DNA of 64,000 nucleotides from a virus (IMGVR_UViG_2974607751_000001:35533-99532), one strand, 5' to 3'. Shown: positions 52,957 through 63,285, numbered from the stretch's first letter. Program-made: numbers and translations. The notes: generated by a model not told the origin, from the sequence alone.

Positions 52957-53556
52957 ATGACTAATAAGAAAGAAGAAAAGACTAACCTGTTTCACACTGT
53001 TCGCCAATCTAACGAATATACCTTTTTCTTTGACGAAGAATTAGGTTCACCAGATGAGTATCGTGACCTATCCATGATACTGATGCAGGCTGGTGAAGAA
53101 GATGAAATTAATCTGATGATTAATGGGCCAGGTGGTTATGTTGATACTGCTGCACAGCTATCTAACCTAATCGCTAACTGTCGTGGAACGGTTATTGGAC
53201 ACCTGCTCGGTCCTAGTGCTTCTGCTTACTGCACAATCTTCCTGTCTTGCCACGGTTGGGTTGTACATCCACATGCTACGCTTATGGGACATACGTTCTC
53301 TGGCGGATTCTGTGAGAAAGGTCAAGAAATCAAGAAAGCCTATGAATCTTACAACCAGTTTGTAGAAGATATGATGCTCGATGTTTACTTCCCGTTCTTC
53401 TCTATTGACGAGATCGAGGATATGGTAAAAGAGAATAAGAATATCTATCTCAACAGCAAAGAAATCAATAAGCGTATTGAAATTTTGGCGAATTATCGCA
53501 AAGAGCAATATAGTAAAGCTCAAGCTCCGCATCCAGAAGAACATGGAGAAGTGTAA
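52957..53556 (+). CDS. ClpP-like serine peptidase
   Basis: INGPGGYVDTAAQLSNLI is ClpP-like. Ser region GPSASAYCTIFLS and His HPHATLMGH are present. Confidence 0.5.
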   Translation: MTNKKEEKTNLFHTVRQSNEYTFFFDEELGSPDEYRDLSMILMQAGEEDEINLMINGPGGYVDTAAQLSNLIANCRGTVIGHLLGPSASAYCTIFLSCHGWVVHPHATLMGHTFSGGFCEKGQEIKKAYESYNQFVEDMMLDVYFPFFSIDEIEDMVKENKNIYLNSKEINKRIEILANYRKEQYSKAQAPHPEEHGEV

Positions 53557-53567
53557 GTAGTTTTAAG

Positions 53568-53602
53568 CCAGAGTTTAACGACTCTGGCTTTTCTTTTGCC
53601 TA
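53568..53602 (+). terminator. rho-independent terminator
   Basis: Sequence is aagccagagtttaacgactctggctttt. Confidence 0.6.
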
Positions 53603-53653
53603 AAATTCTTCTTGACAACGACAAAAAATTGTGCTCCAGAAGTGAACTTTAAA

Positions 53654-53686
53654 AACACGTTGTAATTTTCCTCTAGAATTAGTATA
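53654..53686 (+). promoter_or_regulatory. sigma70-type promoter TTGTAA-17-TATAAT for the lysis cassette
   Basis: Sequence is ttgtaattttcctctagaattagTATAAT. The architecture differs from the PN25-type early promoters. Confidence 0.45.
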
Positions 53687-53712
53687 ATGGTAATGGTTAG
53701 AGGAGGTTACAA

Positions 53713-54369
53713 GTGGAAAAGTTTCTACAACTATTAACGGTACTGCTCCAAGAAGCGAAAGATCCAGCTTCGCTACTAAAACGTCTGCTAACTATCTTAG
53801 TTGCTGTCATTATTTTCTTGTTTGTAAGTAACACTAGCGAGGTGATGTCATTTTTAAAGACTTTCTCCACGTCTGCGGTTTTACAGGATGTTCAAACCCA
53901 AAGGATAGATAACTTTCCTAATGTAGCACGAGAAAAGAGCATGGTTCTTTTCTCTCAGACGGGTGCGGATGCTGTTTTTGTAGTCAAGTATAAACCCGAT
54001 GCTATAAACGATTATTCGAACATTATTGCATGGGAAAGCAATGCGCAATTGGATAGGGCTGACTTGGCCGATAAAGCAGTAAACAAGACGTCTGAACTTT
54101 ATAGACGTCACCTAGAAGGCTTTAACTACGCTTCGGATTTAAGTGTAAAAGTAAATAAATATATGGGGTCAAATATACCCGCGTTTAAGAATGTTACTTT
54201 TAATTACGTCTACACTTGTCCGTATTTCAACCTAAATAATATCTATGCTGGATACATAGGTATTGCCTGGAAGGATAAACCCGTAGATACAGCTGACTCA
54301 GAACAATTTAATGAGTACTTAACAAAGCTCTGTTCCCCACAACAGAGATCATTAGGTAGATCTATATGA
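53713..54369 (+). CDS. hol: holin (218 aa, single TM) with GTG start
   Basis: The RBS is gaggaggttacaaGTG. TM segment LLTILVAVIIFLFV. It sits immediately upstream of and overlapping the endolysin. Confidence 0.55.
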   Translation: MEKFLQLLTVLLQEAKDPASLLKRLLTILVAVIIFLFVSNTSEVMSFLKTFSTSAVLQDVQTQRIDNFPNVAREKSMVLFSQTGADAVFVVKYKPDAINDYSNIIAWESNAQLDRADLADKAVNKTSELYRRHLEGFNYASDLSVKVNKYMGSNIPAFKNVTFNYVYTCPYFNLNNIYAGYIGIAWKDKPVDTADSEQFNEYLTKLCSPQQRSLGRSI

Positions 54370-54779
54370 GTTTTAAATTTGGTAAAAATAGCGAAAAACA
54401 ATTAGCAACTGTTAAGCCCGAGCTACAGAAGGTAGCTCGTAGGGCTTTAGAATTATCCCCGTATGATTTCACAATCATACAGGGTATTCGTACAGTAGCA
54501 CAAAGTGCCCAAAACATTGCTAATGGTACTTCATTTTTGAAAGACCCTAGCAAGAGTAAGCATGTAACTGGAGACGCTATCGATTTTGCACCATATATTA
54601 ATGGTAAGATTGATTGGAAAGACCTGGAAGCATTTTGGGCTGTTAAGAAGGCTTTTGAACAAGCTGGTAAGGAACTTGGTGTCAAACTTCGTTTTGGTGC
54701 CGACTGGAATAGTTCTGGTGATTATCATGATGAGATTGATCGTGGTACTTACGACGGTGGTCACGTAGAATTAGTCTGA
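54366..54779 (+). CDS. lys: Endolysin, L-alanyl-D-glutamate peptidase (M15 family), 137 aa
   Basis: HVTGDAIDF and DWNSSGDYHDEIDRGTYDGGHVEL are Zn-binding H..D...H motifs of M15 peptidases. Confidence 0.85.
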   Translation: MSFKFGKNSEKQLATVKPELQKVARRALELSPYDFTIIQGIRTVAQSAQNIANGTSFLKDPSKSKHVTGDAIDFAPYINGKIDWKDLEAFWAVKKAFEQAGKELGVKLRFGADWNSSGDYHDEIDRGTYDGGHVELV

Positions 54780-54789
54780 TAATAAATCA

Positions 54790-54811
54790 AGGCGGGGTAA
54801 TTCCCGCCTTT
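54790..54811 (+). terminator. rho-independent terminator
   Basis: Sequence is gcggggtaattcccgcctttt. Confidence 0.6.
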
Positions 54812-54854
54812 TAAAGCAAAGGGGGCTTTAAAAACTTAATGATAGGAGAAAGCC

Positions 54855-55271
54855 ATGTTTGCAGAACTATTCACCATGATGTTACTAGGAATATGGAAGA
54901 TAAGCCTAGTAGTCTTCATATTAATGATAATTCTTACGGTTGTCGCACTAGTTACCCAAAATGACACACTAAAGAAAGTCGTTCATGGGCTAGAGTATAT
55001 AATTATGGGCACATTCGGCGTTTGCAAATGCAACTGCCAGAGAAATACGAAATATTGTTGGCTTTGGATGGAGTTAGAGAACTGCGTCACAGTAGCCCTG
55101 GCTGTCTCATTCGGTATGATTCTTATGGCCCTTACTCTAGCATTGATACCACTGATGTTAGCTGGGGGAGTCACGGCTTATTTCACCCTTTTCTCCCCTA
55201 TACTTATGTATTCAATATATCCAATAACTATGTATTTAGTTAGGAAGAGATTCCCACATCAAGCACATTAA
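54855..55271 (+). CDS. polytopic membrane protein
   Basis: Three to four TM helices. Confidence 0.4.
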   Translation: MFAELFTMMLLGIWKISLVVFILMIILTVVALVTQNDTLKKVVHGLEYIIMGTFGVCKCNCQRNTKYCWLWMELENCVTVALAVSFGMILMALTLALIPLMLAGGVTAYFTLFSPILMYSIYPITMYLVRKRFPHQAH

Positions 55272-55346
55272 TATAAAAAAGTAGTTGACTTTCCGCTGAA
55301 ATTTTTATATAATATTTGTATAAATTGAATCAGAGGAGTTTCACAA

Positions 55347-55754
55347 ATGTCAGATCGTTACTATACTCAGATGGCTAACCATTACAATATGGCTCCGTAT
55401 GAATTGAACATCGCATTACGTGACCTCGATTCACCAGAGCGTGCAAAACTTGAGAAAAAGGCGGGAATTCGTATGTCTAGCAAGGGCAAGAAACTTACTC
55501 GTATTGACTTAAATACCATGCTAATGGAAGAGCTTGGCGTGAATATTGAAGGTCAGAAGTTGCCTCTCAATGTTCTTGAAACGATGCTGGATAAAGTCAA
55601 AAAGAAAACTTATAAGAAAGTACAAGTACCGGAAGGCAGGCTAAAAGCCCCTTATCAGGCTGCTGTATCTGAGTGCTTAGGTGTTACTTTAGATCTTAGC
55701 ACTGCAACTGTTAAAGTGATGAAGGCATTTTTGGAGGCCATTAATAAACTGTGA
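55347..55754 (+). CDS. hypothetical protein
   Basis: A PN25-type promoter lies at about 55283-55311. Confidence 0.45.
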   Translation: MSDRYYTQMANHYNMAPYELNIALRDLDSPERAKLEKKAGIRMSSKGKKLTRIDLNTMLMEELGVNIEGQKLPLNVLETMLDKVKKKTYKKVQVPEGRLKAPYQAAVSECLGVTLDLSTATVKVMKAFLEAINKL

Positions 55755-56257
55755 TAACTAGGGAAAGATTATTAGAGGTACTAGAGTACCACGAAGATGG
55801 TACTCTAACCTGGAAACCTAGACCAGAAGGGACAAGAGGCTGGAATACCAGTCTCAATAACACACCTGCTGGATCTATTAATGCTGATGGCTATCTAATG
55901 CTCTCTATTGATGGAGAACGAATACTTGCGCATAGAGCAATTTTCTTTATGCACAAAGGTTATCTGCCGGATATAGTAGATCATGATGATACCAATACAT
56001 TAAATAATCGTATTGGTAACTTAAGAGAAGCTACAAAAGCTCAAAATGCTTTTAATAGAAAATCGGCTAATAAAAATAACCTATTGGGACTAAAAAATAT
56101 ATCTCAAAGAGGGAAGTCTTTTAGAGTAAAAATCTCTAGGGCAGGAATTAACTATATGAAAACATGCAGTTCTTTGGAAGAAGCAATTGCATGGAGAGAT
56201 GAAAAACTAGAAGAACTCCACGGTGAGTTTGCCAGTAAAGGAAATAAAAATGTCTAA
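55751..56257 (+). CDS. HNH homing endonuclease (HNH_3 + AP2-like DNA-binding domain)
   Basis: The catalytic region is INADGYLMLSIDGERILAHRAIFFMHKGYLPDIVDHDDTNTLNNRIGNLREATKAQN, an HNH N...H...N architecture. Confidence 0.75.
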   Translation: MITRERLLEVLEYHEDGTLTWKPRPEGTRGWNTSLNNTPAGSINADGYLMLSIDGERILAHRAIFFMHKGYLPDIVDHDDTNTLNNRIGNLREATKAQNAFNRKSANKNNLLGLKNISQRGKSFRVKISRAGINYMKTCSSLEEAIAWRDEKLEELHGEFASKGNKNV

Positions 56258-56540
56258 ATTAGTCTATCTATTAAAAGGTTCCACTTGCAACCCATGTAAA
56301 CTTTTCGAGCCTGTATTTGATAAAGTAGTACAGGACTACAGTCTAGAAGTTCATAAAGAGACTGATAACACAGAACTTATGCAGAAATTTGGCGTTCGTC
56401 AGGTTCCTGTAGTAGTTCTAGCAGATCGTCTCCCGAATGGCCGTGTGGAAGCCAACCACATTCTGATTGGTCGTCAGCTTCGTAAAGAAACTATGCACGA
56501 TGCAATCAAAAACTTCCTGGAAGATAATCCAGAAGATTAA
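56250..56540 (+). CDS. thioredoxin/glutaredoxin-like protein (CxxC)
   Basis: The active site reads LLKGSTCNPCK. The motif VPVVVL is present. Confidence 0.5.
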   Translation: MSKLVYLLKGSTCNPCKLFEPVFDKVVQDYSLEVHKETDNTELMQKFGVRQVPVVVLADRLPNGRVEANHILIGRQLRKETMHDAIKNFLEDNPED

Positions 56541-56548
56541 TAAATCCA

Positions 56549-56577
56549 ACCCAGATCTTAGCTGATCTGGGTTTTTT
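56549..56577 (+). terminator. rho-independent terminator
   Basis: Sequence is acccagatcttagctgatctgggtttttt. Confidence 0.6.
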
Positions 56578-56642
56578 ATTACTTGCTTTCTGCTAAAAAT
56601 TTTGATATAATATATGTATAAATTGATGAGAGGAGTATCACA

Positions 56643-57023
56643 TTGAATTACGCATATCTTATAATACATAACAACGTGGTCTGTGGTACTCGTGCTGTAG
56701 AGATGGGAATCACAGAAGAAAAGTATAAGTCACTGCCTGAAAAGGAGCAAGAATATTATGTTGAGCAAGCTGCTTGGGAATATGCTGAGGCTTATCCCGA
56801 AGAACGTGAAGGCCGTGTTACTATTGTTGTTACTCTGGGGCTGGTGGGCTGTGATACCGAAGTTGATACAGATCTAGAAACACTTGAAGAATGGGAAGAG
56901 TTGGATATTGCAGAACAAAATGCTATCATCCGTCAATCTTTCTGGGAAGCAGTAGACTGTCACGTTGTCTTTGAGCCAAACGATACAGAAGCTGAAAAAC
57001 ACACTAATTGGATGACTCGATAA
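56643..57023 (+). CDS. hypothetical acidic protein (TTG start)
   Basis: The RBS is gagaggagtatcacaTTG. Confidence 0.35.
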   Translation: MNYAYLIIHNNVVCGTRAVEMGITEEKYKSLPEKEQEYYVEQAAWEYAEAYPEEREGRVTIVVTLGLVGCDTEVDTDLETLEEWEELDIAEQNAIIRQSFWEAVDCHVVFEPNDTEAEKHTNWMTR

Positions 57024-57886
57024 TGAAAAAAGAATTTAACCTGCACGAAATGTTAGTAGTACCAGACGATGTTAACCTGTTCTTCGTAGGGGATATTCAC
57101 GGCTGTAATGATATGCTGGAAAATGCTCTTAAACTAGCAGGGTATAAAGAGAAGCGTGATTATGTTGTCTGTGTTGGCGACCTAATTGACCGTGGCCCGC
57201 AGAACTTACAGGTTCTAGCCAAATTCTTATATAACCCACGCTTCCGTAGCGTTCGTGGCAACCATGATCAGTTTATGATTGCTGGTGACTATGCTAACTG
57301 GATGTATAATGGTGGAATGTGGGCAATGAATGATCTGGATACCGATACAATTAAAGGTATCGCAGAAGATATGGCAGTTAAAATGCCGGTATTCATGACT
57401 GTACTCCATCGTGGCAAGAAATATGGTGTTGTTCATGGTGGAATACCATTCCAATATAAAGATGCTGGATTCGATGTACATACACCTAACTGGGATGATA
57501 TTATTGATCATATCGCTGCAAGTGAAAATGATCCTAATGACCATCCTAGTTATTACATTGAACCATATTTGTGGGATCGTGATGTAATTCAGGAAATTGG
57601 TTTTCATCTGTCTAAGCAAGGTGCAGAACATCCTTATTTCCAGCGTTATGCAGGCTTTAAAGATGAATTGATGGTGGAAGTACCAGAAGTTGAAAGTGTA
57701 GATTTCATATTCCACGGCCATACTGGGGTTCCTTACCCGATTCTATATAAGAACCGTGTTTATCTTGATACTGGCGGTGTTTTCAACGGGCAGTTGACGG
57801 TTGCGCAAGTTAATGATGAAGCTGGTAAGATTATGACATTTACCACTGACAAAGATGATAGCTGTGGTGTACAGAGGATTCTATAA
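57023..57886 (+). CDS. Ser/Thr protein phosphatase (PPP/calcineurin-like)
   Basis: Metallophosphatase motifs GDIHG, GDLIDRG and GNHD are present. Confidence 0.85.
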   Translation: MKKEFNLHEMLVVPDDVNLFFVGDIHGCNDMLENALKLAGYKEKRDYVVCVGDLIDRGPQNLQVLAKFLYNPRFRSVRGNHDQFMIAGDYANWMYNGGMWAMNDLDTDTIKGIAEDMAVKMPVFMTVLHRGKKYGVVHGGIPFQYKDAGFDVHTPNWDDIIDHIAASENDPNDHPSYYIEPYLWDRDVIQEIGFHLSKQGAEHPYFQRYAGFKDELMVEVPEVESVDFIFHGHTGVPYPILYKNRVYLDTGGVFNGQLTVAQVNDEAGKIMTFTTDKDDSCGVQRIL

Positions 57887-58254
57887 TGGAACGTGAAGAA
57901 CGTTATGTAGTTATAAAGTTGAGCGACATTGAAGAAGGTTTAAAACTAGGACATATCAGCCCTAGTACTGTTACCACACTAGAACATATCGTAACTACGG
58001 TATGGTTTAGTAGAGCACAACGTGGAAAAGAAGATCTCAAAACAGTTGTAGTAGAGCATGATTGGCCAGAGTATGAAGAAGTCTGGAAAATGCTGGAGAA
58101 TCGTGTTGATTTTGAGCAAGCACGACAGGAAGAGCTTGACAAAGGATATCAAGAAGCAAAAGAACATCACGAGATTCATGATGAGATATTCAAACTTCGT
58201 GGTATTAGTAGTTACTGCCAGGGCTGGAATAAATATGCGGAGGAAGTTCTGTAA
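57886..58254 (+). CDS. hypothetical protein
   Basis: Translationally coupled to the upstream phosphatase gene. Confidence 0.45.
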   Translation: MEREERYVVIKLSDIEEGLKLGHISPSTVTTLEHIVTTVWFSRAQRGKEDLKTVVVEHDWPEYEEVWKMLENRVDFEQARQEELDKGYQEAKEHHEIHDEIFKLRGISSYCQGWNKYAEEVL

Positions 58255-58460
58255 TGAAGAGATTACTTCTATTATCAGTACTAATACTAGCTGGGTGTGA
58301 CCCTTATTATAATAGTATAAGATTCACCGCAGAAGATACTAGACACTTGTGTGACGTAGCTGGAGGTGAGCTAGACAATTCCAGCATTCAAATCGGGCTC
58401 ACAAAAGGTATATTCTACGATAGCTATACTATTACCTCTACTTGTGTAAGGAATAAATAA
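58254..58460 (+). CDS. small lipoprotein
   Basis: The lipobox is LILAG-C. Confidence 0.45.
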   Translation: MKRLLLLSVLILAGCDPYYNSIRFTAEDTRHLCDVAGGELDNSSIQIGLTKGIFYDSYTITSTCVRNK

Positions 58461-58625
58461 TGAAAGTTAAATTCTGGTCGGATACAATATTTATAGCAAT
58501 AGGGATAGTAGTCCTTATCTCTTTCTTTACTGGCCTAGGATTAGGCCTTTTATTTTAAAACTTCATTTGCTAAAATGCTTAGTTTTCTGTATAATTACTT
58601 TATAAATTGATGAGAAGGAATCAAA

Positions 58626-59057
58626 ATGCAAAAGATTGATAAAGCACTTTTAATCGCAACAGCAGATAAGTTTGAGCAAGTTAAAGCTACTTTTAGAGCA
58701 GTCTTTCAGTCCTATGTTCAAGACAAATCGAACCCGATTTCTGAGCGTTTGATGATGTGGGAATGTTTTGCTTGCAATGCTCTGCTAATTTCCGATTATA
58801 AGGGAGAAGTATCTGAGGAATTGCATGAGATCTTTATTAATGAGGATACTCCACGCTATCAGTTAGTGAACTTCCAAGATCTAGCTGAGCAAGTTATTCC
58901 TGATGATCTTTGGGACAAGTATTACGGTGATCCTGAAGAAGATGGTATGGAACCTGAGAAGTGCATTGAACTGATCTGTAAAGATCATCCTGAAATTGCT
59001 GAGAAATTTGAGTTGGTATTTGCTTCTGAATTCTCAGGTTTCGTTAACGATTGGTAA
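58626..59057 (+). CDS. hypothetical protein
   Basis: A PN25-type promoter lies at about 58570-58598. Confidence 0.45.
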   Translation: MQKIDKALLIATADKFEQVKATFRAVFQSYVQDKSNPISERLMMWECFACNALLISDYKGEVSEELHEIFINEDTPRYQLVNFQDLAEQVIPDDLWDKYYGDPEEDGMEPEKCIELICKDHPEIAEKFELVFASEFSGFVNDW

Positions 59058-59117
59058 GTAATTAAAAAATTCAGTTGCTTTTAGCTTTAAAATTCTGTAT
59101 AATAAGTTCATAAATTA

Positions 59118-59387
59118 ATGAAAGAGGAAATTCTAATGGAAAACATGACTAAAACTGAAATGGCTAACGTTCTGGCAATTCTCCTCGATATGCAGGGTTT
59201 TGAAGGTCAGCTCATGAAGATGTCTATTCCGGCAATGAAAAAGATGTACGATTCTCTGAACAAGAATGCTATGGCATTCAACCTCGCAAAACAGGAAGCA
59301 CGTTTTGCGAAAGAGCATCAGGCAACTGCGGAACGTCGTGCAGCATCTTTTGAGCGTGAAGTTAAACAACTGAAAGGTAAGAAATAA
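59118..59387 (+). CDS. hypothetical protein
   Basis: A promoter lies at about 59078-59106. Confidence 0.4.
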   Translation: MKEEILMENMTKTEMANVLAILLDMQGFEGQLMKMSIPAMKKMYDSLNKNAMAFNLAKQEARFAKEHQATAERRAASFEREVKQLKGKK

Positions 59388-60690
59388 TGGAGGCTAAGTT
59401 AAATATATTAGTAGTAGTTTTAGCTTTCCAAGCAATGGTATTAGGGTTTATTCACGGTAAAGTATCCCATTTAGAGGATTCAGTGAAGGAATTAAAAGTA
59501 GAAATGTGTAAAACCGTCTCAGATAATGAAAAATGCAGGAGCACTTAATGATTACAGAAATTTTAATTGGATTGCTGGTTCTCACGACTTTAGCAGCAAT
59601 TGGTGGAATCATTGGCATTATTAATGCTAATAAAAATATGGAAGCAATGAAGGCCACCAACAATGCGCTCTGGGAAAAGTATATAGCTGCTGAGAAGGAT
59701 ATCGAGGACACACAAAGACGTTCAGATCTTCTCAAAGAAAAGCTAAAGAATGTTGAAGCTCTTGTTGGTAACACTAAACTTCCTATTAAAGTCCTGCGCG
59801 CTCAGGTAATCACGGAGATTAAGAAATGACGTTAATTATCTTAGCTTTTTATCTGGTTATTGTTGGTATTCTGGTTACTAAGTATCACACCTGGACTCCG
59901 AAGAACGTTGGTAAAGTAGCGCTGTTTGTTCTGCCAGTTCCGATTATCATCATTGCTATGCTGTTCACGATGTTGGCAGGTAAAGTGACAAGAACTGACG
60001 TTAAACGCATTGTAGACGAACTACAGCAATCTTCTGACATGATCGAGGATATTCTGAAAGATGAAGCTTAATTTTAGTGAATTAACCCTGCTGGACGAGT
60101 TTCTAGGTTTTGTTACTGAACGTGGGTTTATTAACGTAGACCCTCAGACACTAGAAGTCCTGCAATCCATCCAGAATAAAACTAAAACAGATCTGGAAGA
60201 CTTATGGCGACCGCTTTCTGAGTTAACTCCTCTTAATATGAAAGTGATTGTTAAAAATATTGAAACTGGTGAAGAACGTGAAATGGTTCGTAAAGAACTG
60301 GCTAATAGTTATTCTCCAGAGTCCCTAGTGATGCATCATGACGATGAACCAGAAACACTTTGGACAGCCCATTACGTTTGGCGTCTGCCTTGATTGATTT
60401 AACAACTGTTACGGCAATCCTAATCTTCGGTTTAGTGGTTGCCGTTTTCATAATCATTGAGCAGGCCAAAGTAATACGGAGACTTAAAAATAGATGATTA
60501 ATTTTTATAACCCTAACTTGCAGAAAGCAACGTGGGATTACTTTATAATTCTACCAGCTTTTATGTTAAGTTGTGCAATCATTAACATTATGTATCAAGA
60601 AGCTGGTTGGACAGTTCAAGATTTCCACATTTCACAAATTCTTCCTTTCATGTATGAAGGCGTTATCGCAGCAATAAATGGAGTTCGTAA

Positions 60691-61158
60691 ATGACAGCAC
60701 TGCAAAGATTACAGAATTATTGGTTTGATGGCCAATTTAATGATTTATTCATCCAGTTGTTTGTCGAAACGAACGGACGTTTTAATTACCGCTTCTTTAA
60801 TACTTTCCATGATACGAAGTTCTCGCATACAGAGATTAATGCAGCGATTCAAGATCTCACTGGTTCTAAGGTAATTCCTTATCGTGATGTAGATTTTGCA
60901 CCTGACTGTTTTGGTTTTGAACTATTTAAGAAAGCATATAAGTTCGGTAAGTTCGAAGATGCACGACATTGGGTTCATGACTTCTGGTATAACACCGATA
61001 TCGTTCCTAGCCGTGTACTGATCCTCAACTGGATTGCTAAACAACATCCGCCGAAGGCACAATCGGCATTCCTTCCAACTGATACAGGAAATCTTTACCA
61101 TGACACAAAAGAAAAATCCAGTGCTAGAGCAGATGAAGCAGTTGGAGAAGCAGATTGA
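60691..61158 (+). CDS. hypothetical protein
   Basis: One of a run of short collinear ORFs (59548..60694), probable membrane or small proteins. Confidence 0.4.
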   Translation: MTALQRLQNYWFDGQFNDLFIQLFVETNGRFNYRFFNTFHDTKFSHTEINAAIQDLTGSKVIPYRDVDFAPDCFGFELFKKAYKFGKFEDARHWVHDFWYNTDIVPSRVLILNWIAKQHPPKAQSAFLPTDTGNLYHDTKEKSSARADEAVGEAD

Positions 61159-61483
61159 AGAAGGAAGCGTTGATGGACAGTCAATTGTCAATCATGCTTT
61201 CGATCTTACAGTAGGATGTGCTAATCCGCTGGTGGCGGGTGAAACAGCAGATATTCTTGGGCTTTTAATGGCAGTTGGCCAGTTAATTGAGATTACCCAA
61301 GAAGAGCTAGATAATGATGAAGAAGTAACTGTTCATGATGTTCTCGGTGCTCTAGATCTGATTGTTAATGCTTATGCCTTTAAACGCCGCCACTCAATTG
61401 ATGAATATCTAGTTTCTCGTGAGATTACCGAATCTCTTCTGGAAACTGCTGATATGGCCTTAAACGGCAAGCAACTTCACTAA
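61100..61483 (+). CDS. hypothetical protein (start uncertain)
   Basis: The track ORF 61034 overlaps the upstream gene, so the internal Met MTQKKNPV was used. Confidence 0.3.
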   Translation: MTQKKNPVLEQMKQLEKQIEEGSVDGQSIVNHAFDLTVGCANPLVAGETADILGLLMAVGQLIEITQEELDNDEEVTVHDVLGALDLIVNAYAFKRRHSIDEYLVSREITESLLETADMALNGKQLH

Positions 61484-61489
61484 TCCTAG

Positions 61490-61517
61490 AGGCCAGGACT
61501 TAATTGTTCTGGCCTTT
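61490..61517 (+). terminator. rho-independent terminator
   Basis: Sequence is ggccaggacttaattgttctggccttt. Confidence 0.55.
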
Positions 61518-61527
61518 CGTGTATACT

Positions 61528-62046
61528 ATGAGAGATAAAATAAACGAATTACTTTATGAGGAAGCACTACAATTCCCCATAAATAGATTCACTAAGTCAG
61601 ATGGATCTATTAATAGAACTAAGCTCAAACAACTTCATCCAGACTTCCAACAAGATGCACTTAATCTTATCTTTATCAGGAGAGCTGTTGAAGCACATGG
61701 TAAGTTCTTTGGATACGAGAGAGTTAAGTACAGAACTATGCAACAGCAAGTTGAGATCTATTGCCCAGATCACTATGGTTACTTCTTGCAAACTGCACGG
61801 TCTCACTTAGAAGGACACGGTTGCCGATTATGTGCCCATAAAGTTGTGACACGCTTAACAGAATATGGAGTGTACACCGTACCAGCACCTTTCCACAAAT
61901 TTGTAGTTGACGGTGAGCATATAATTTGGTATAATAAAGATCAAAAGTTAAAACAGGAGTTAAAGAAAGATGGAGTACGTAGTTTGGTCAAACCCATTAG
62001 CTCTACTATCCCACAAACTGTTCAAGACGACGTGGGGAAGGAATGA
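61528..62046 (+). CDS. Zn-binding endonuclease-like protein, possibly disrupted (overlaps out-of-frame ORF 61970..62254)
   Basis: YCPDHYGYFLQTARSHLEGHGCRLC is a Cys/His cluster. The downstream ORF overlaps by 77 nt in another frame. Confidence 0.3.
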   Translation: MRDKINELLYEEALQFPINRFTKSDGSINRTKLKQLHPDFQQDALNLIFIRRAVEAHGKFFGYERVKYRTMQQQVEIYCPDHYGYFLQTARSHLEGHGCRLCAHKVVTRLTEYGVYTVPAPFHKFVVDGEHIIWYNKDQKLKQELKKDGVRSLVKPISSTIPQTVQDDVGKE

Positions 62047-62673
62047 GATAACTGTTAATGAGAATCCCCTTAATCATCAACATCCTTTAGTCCCAACTCT
62101 CTATAAGATTATTATAAATGGTACAGAATACTTATTAGATGATTTTGGTAAAGAGTTTGTACAAGAAGCCATAGACGACAATAATGTTTCTATGGGCGAA
62201 TTAATTAATAGAGCATCCAACTTTGATAAGAGTTGGATGCTAATCTGGGGTTAATATGGAAATTATAGCAAGTGTCTTAGTAGTTATGTTATTCATCGTA
62301 ATACTTGTATCTTTCGTTATTATGCGTAGAGCCAGAGAACTAGCAGAGGATGTAATGAAGTTACGTGGCGAGGTGGCTACTCTTAAACTACAACGTGAAT
62401 CTCTCAAGTTATTCGTAGCTCAAGGTAGCTTAGAACATACAGCGGAAGACTTCATCGTATATCTTAAACGTTACATGGGAATCAAATAATGGAAACCTTA
62501 CTTCTTGTATTACTAGGCGGTTCACTCTTAACCATTCTAGGCTTGATAATTATATGCAGTCGCCTCAATGTTAAGAATCTAGAATTAAATAGTGAGAATC
62601 AGATTCTTAACCGAGAAATTAAACAACATAATATCGCAGCTCGTAAGCTGTTAGATAAACTGGAGAATAGATA

Positions 62674-63285
62674 ATGTTTACACAACAAACCATTAAAGTA
62701 GTTGCAGATCATGAACTCGATACATGGGATTACAGCTTTAAAGATCTGACTGCTACAGTACAGTTTAAATCTATGCAACTGTCGTTTTTGCACATTGATA
62801 TTCAGGCTTGTAAAGAGTTTCAGGTTAAACTCATGAATGCTCGTAAGATCTTTGGCACGGCTCGCATCCCTGCTGATAATCTGATTAATGCACTAATCGA
62901 TGCTGGGTACAAACTCGTGAAGACTGAGGTGAATCGCCCAAGTACTCCAGTAACTATTCGAGATCCGTGGCAGTCAGGGCCAATCGCAATGCTGAATAAT
63001 TCTGATAAAAGATTAATGTCGGATATGCACAATATTCCATGTGGTGGTGTGGTAAGTAATACGCAAACCTATAAGTTTGGGGAAGATTGCAGTCCTTCTG
63101 TACAATTGAAACATACTCAAGAAGCTCTCGAATCTGATATGCGAAGCGTAGCACCTGCGGATGCCGGAGTTTCTAGGAACTCATATACTATTCACCTGAG
63201 CACACCATCTAGTAAGAATGAGAGCTTTGCTGATGCAGTTATGGAAGCTCTTGTTGATCTGACTAACAGTAAGGGTTTTAATTAA
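62674..63285 (+). CDS. hypothetical protein
   Basis: It follows two small TM peptides (62256..62489 and 62489..62674). A terminator lies at 63296-63313. Confidence 0.45.
   Translation: MFTQQTIKVVADHELDTWDYSFKDLTATVQFKSMQLSFLHIDIQACKEFQVKLMNARKIFGTARIPADNLINALIDAGYKLVKTEVNRPSTPVTIRDPWQSGPIAMLNNSDKRLMSDMHNIPCGGVVSNTQTYKFGEDCSPSVQLKHTQEALESDMRSVAPADAGVSRNSYTIHLSTPSSKNESFADAVMEALVDLTNSKGFN

Noticed and set aside
25018-59110. Regularly recurring ~60-bp repeats, considered as a CRISPR-like array or tandem repeat family
   Set aside because: The spacing is irregular (0.3-3 kb). Each copy has promoter geometry (-35, 17 bp, -10) and is followed by an RBS and ORF or by tRNAs. These are PN25-type promoters, not CRISPR repeats.
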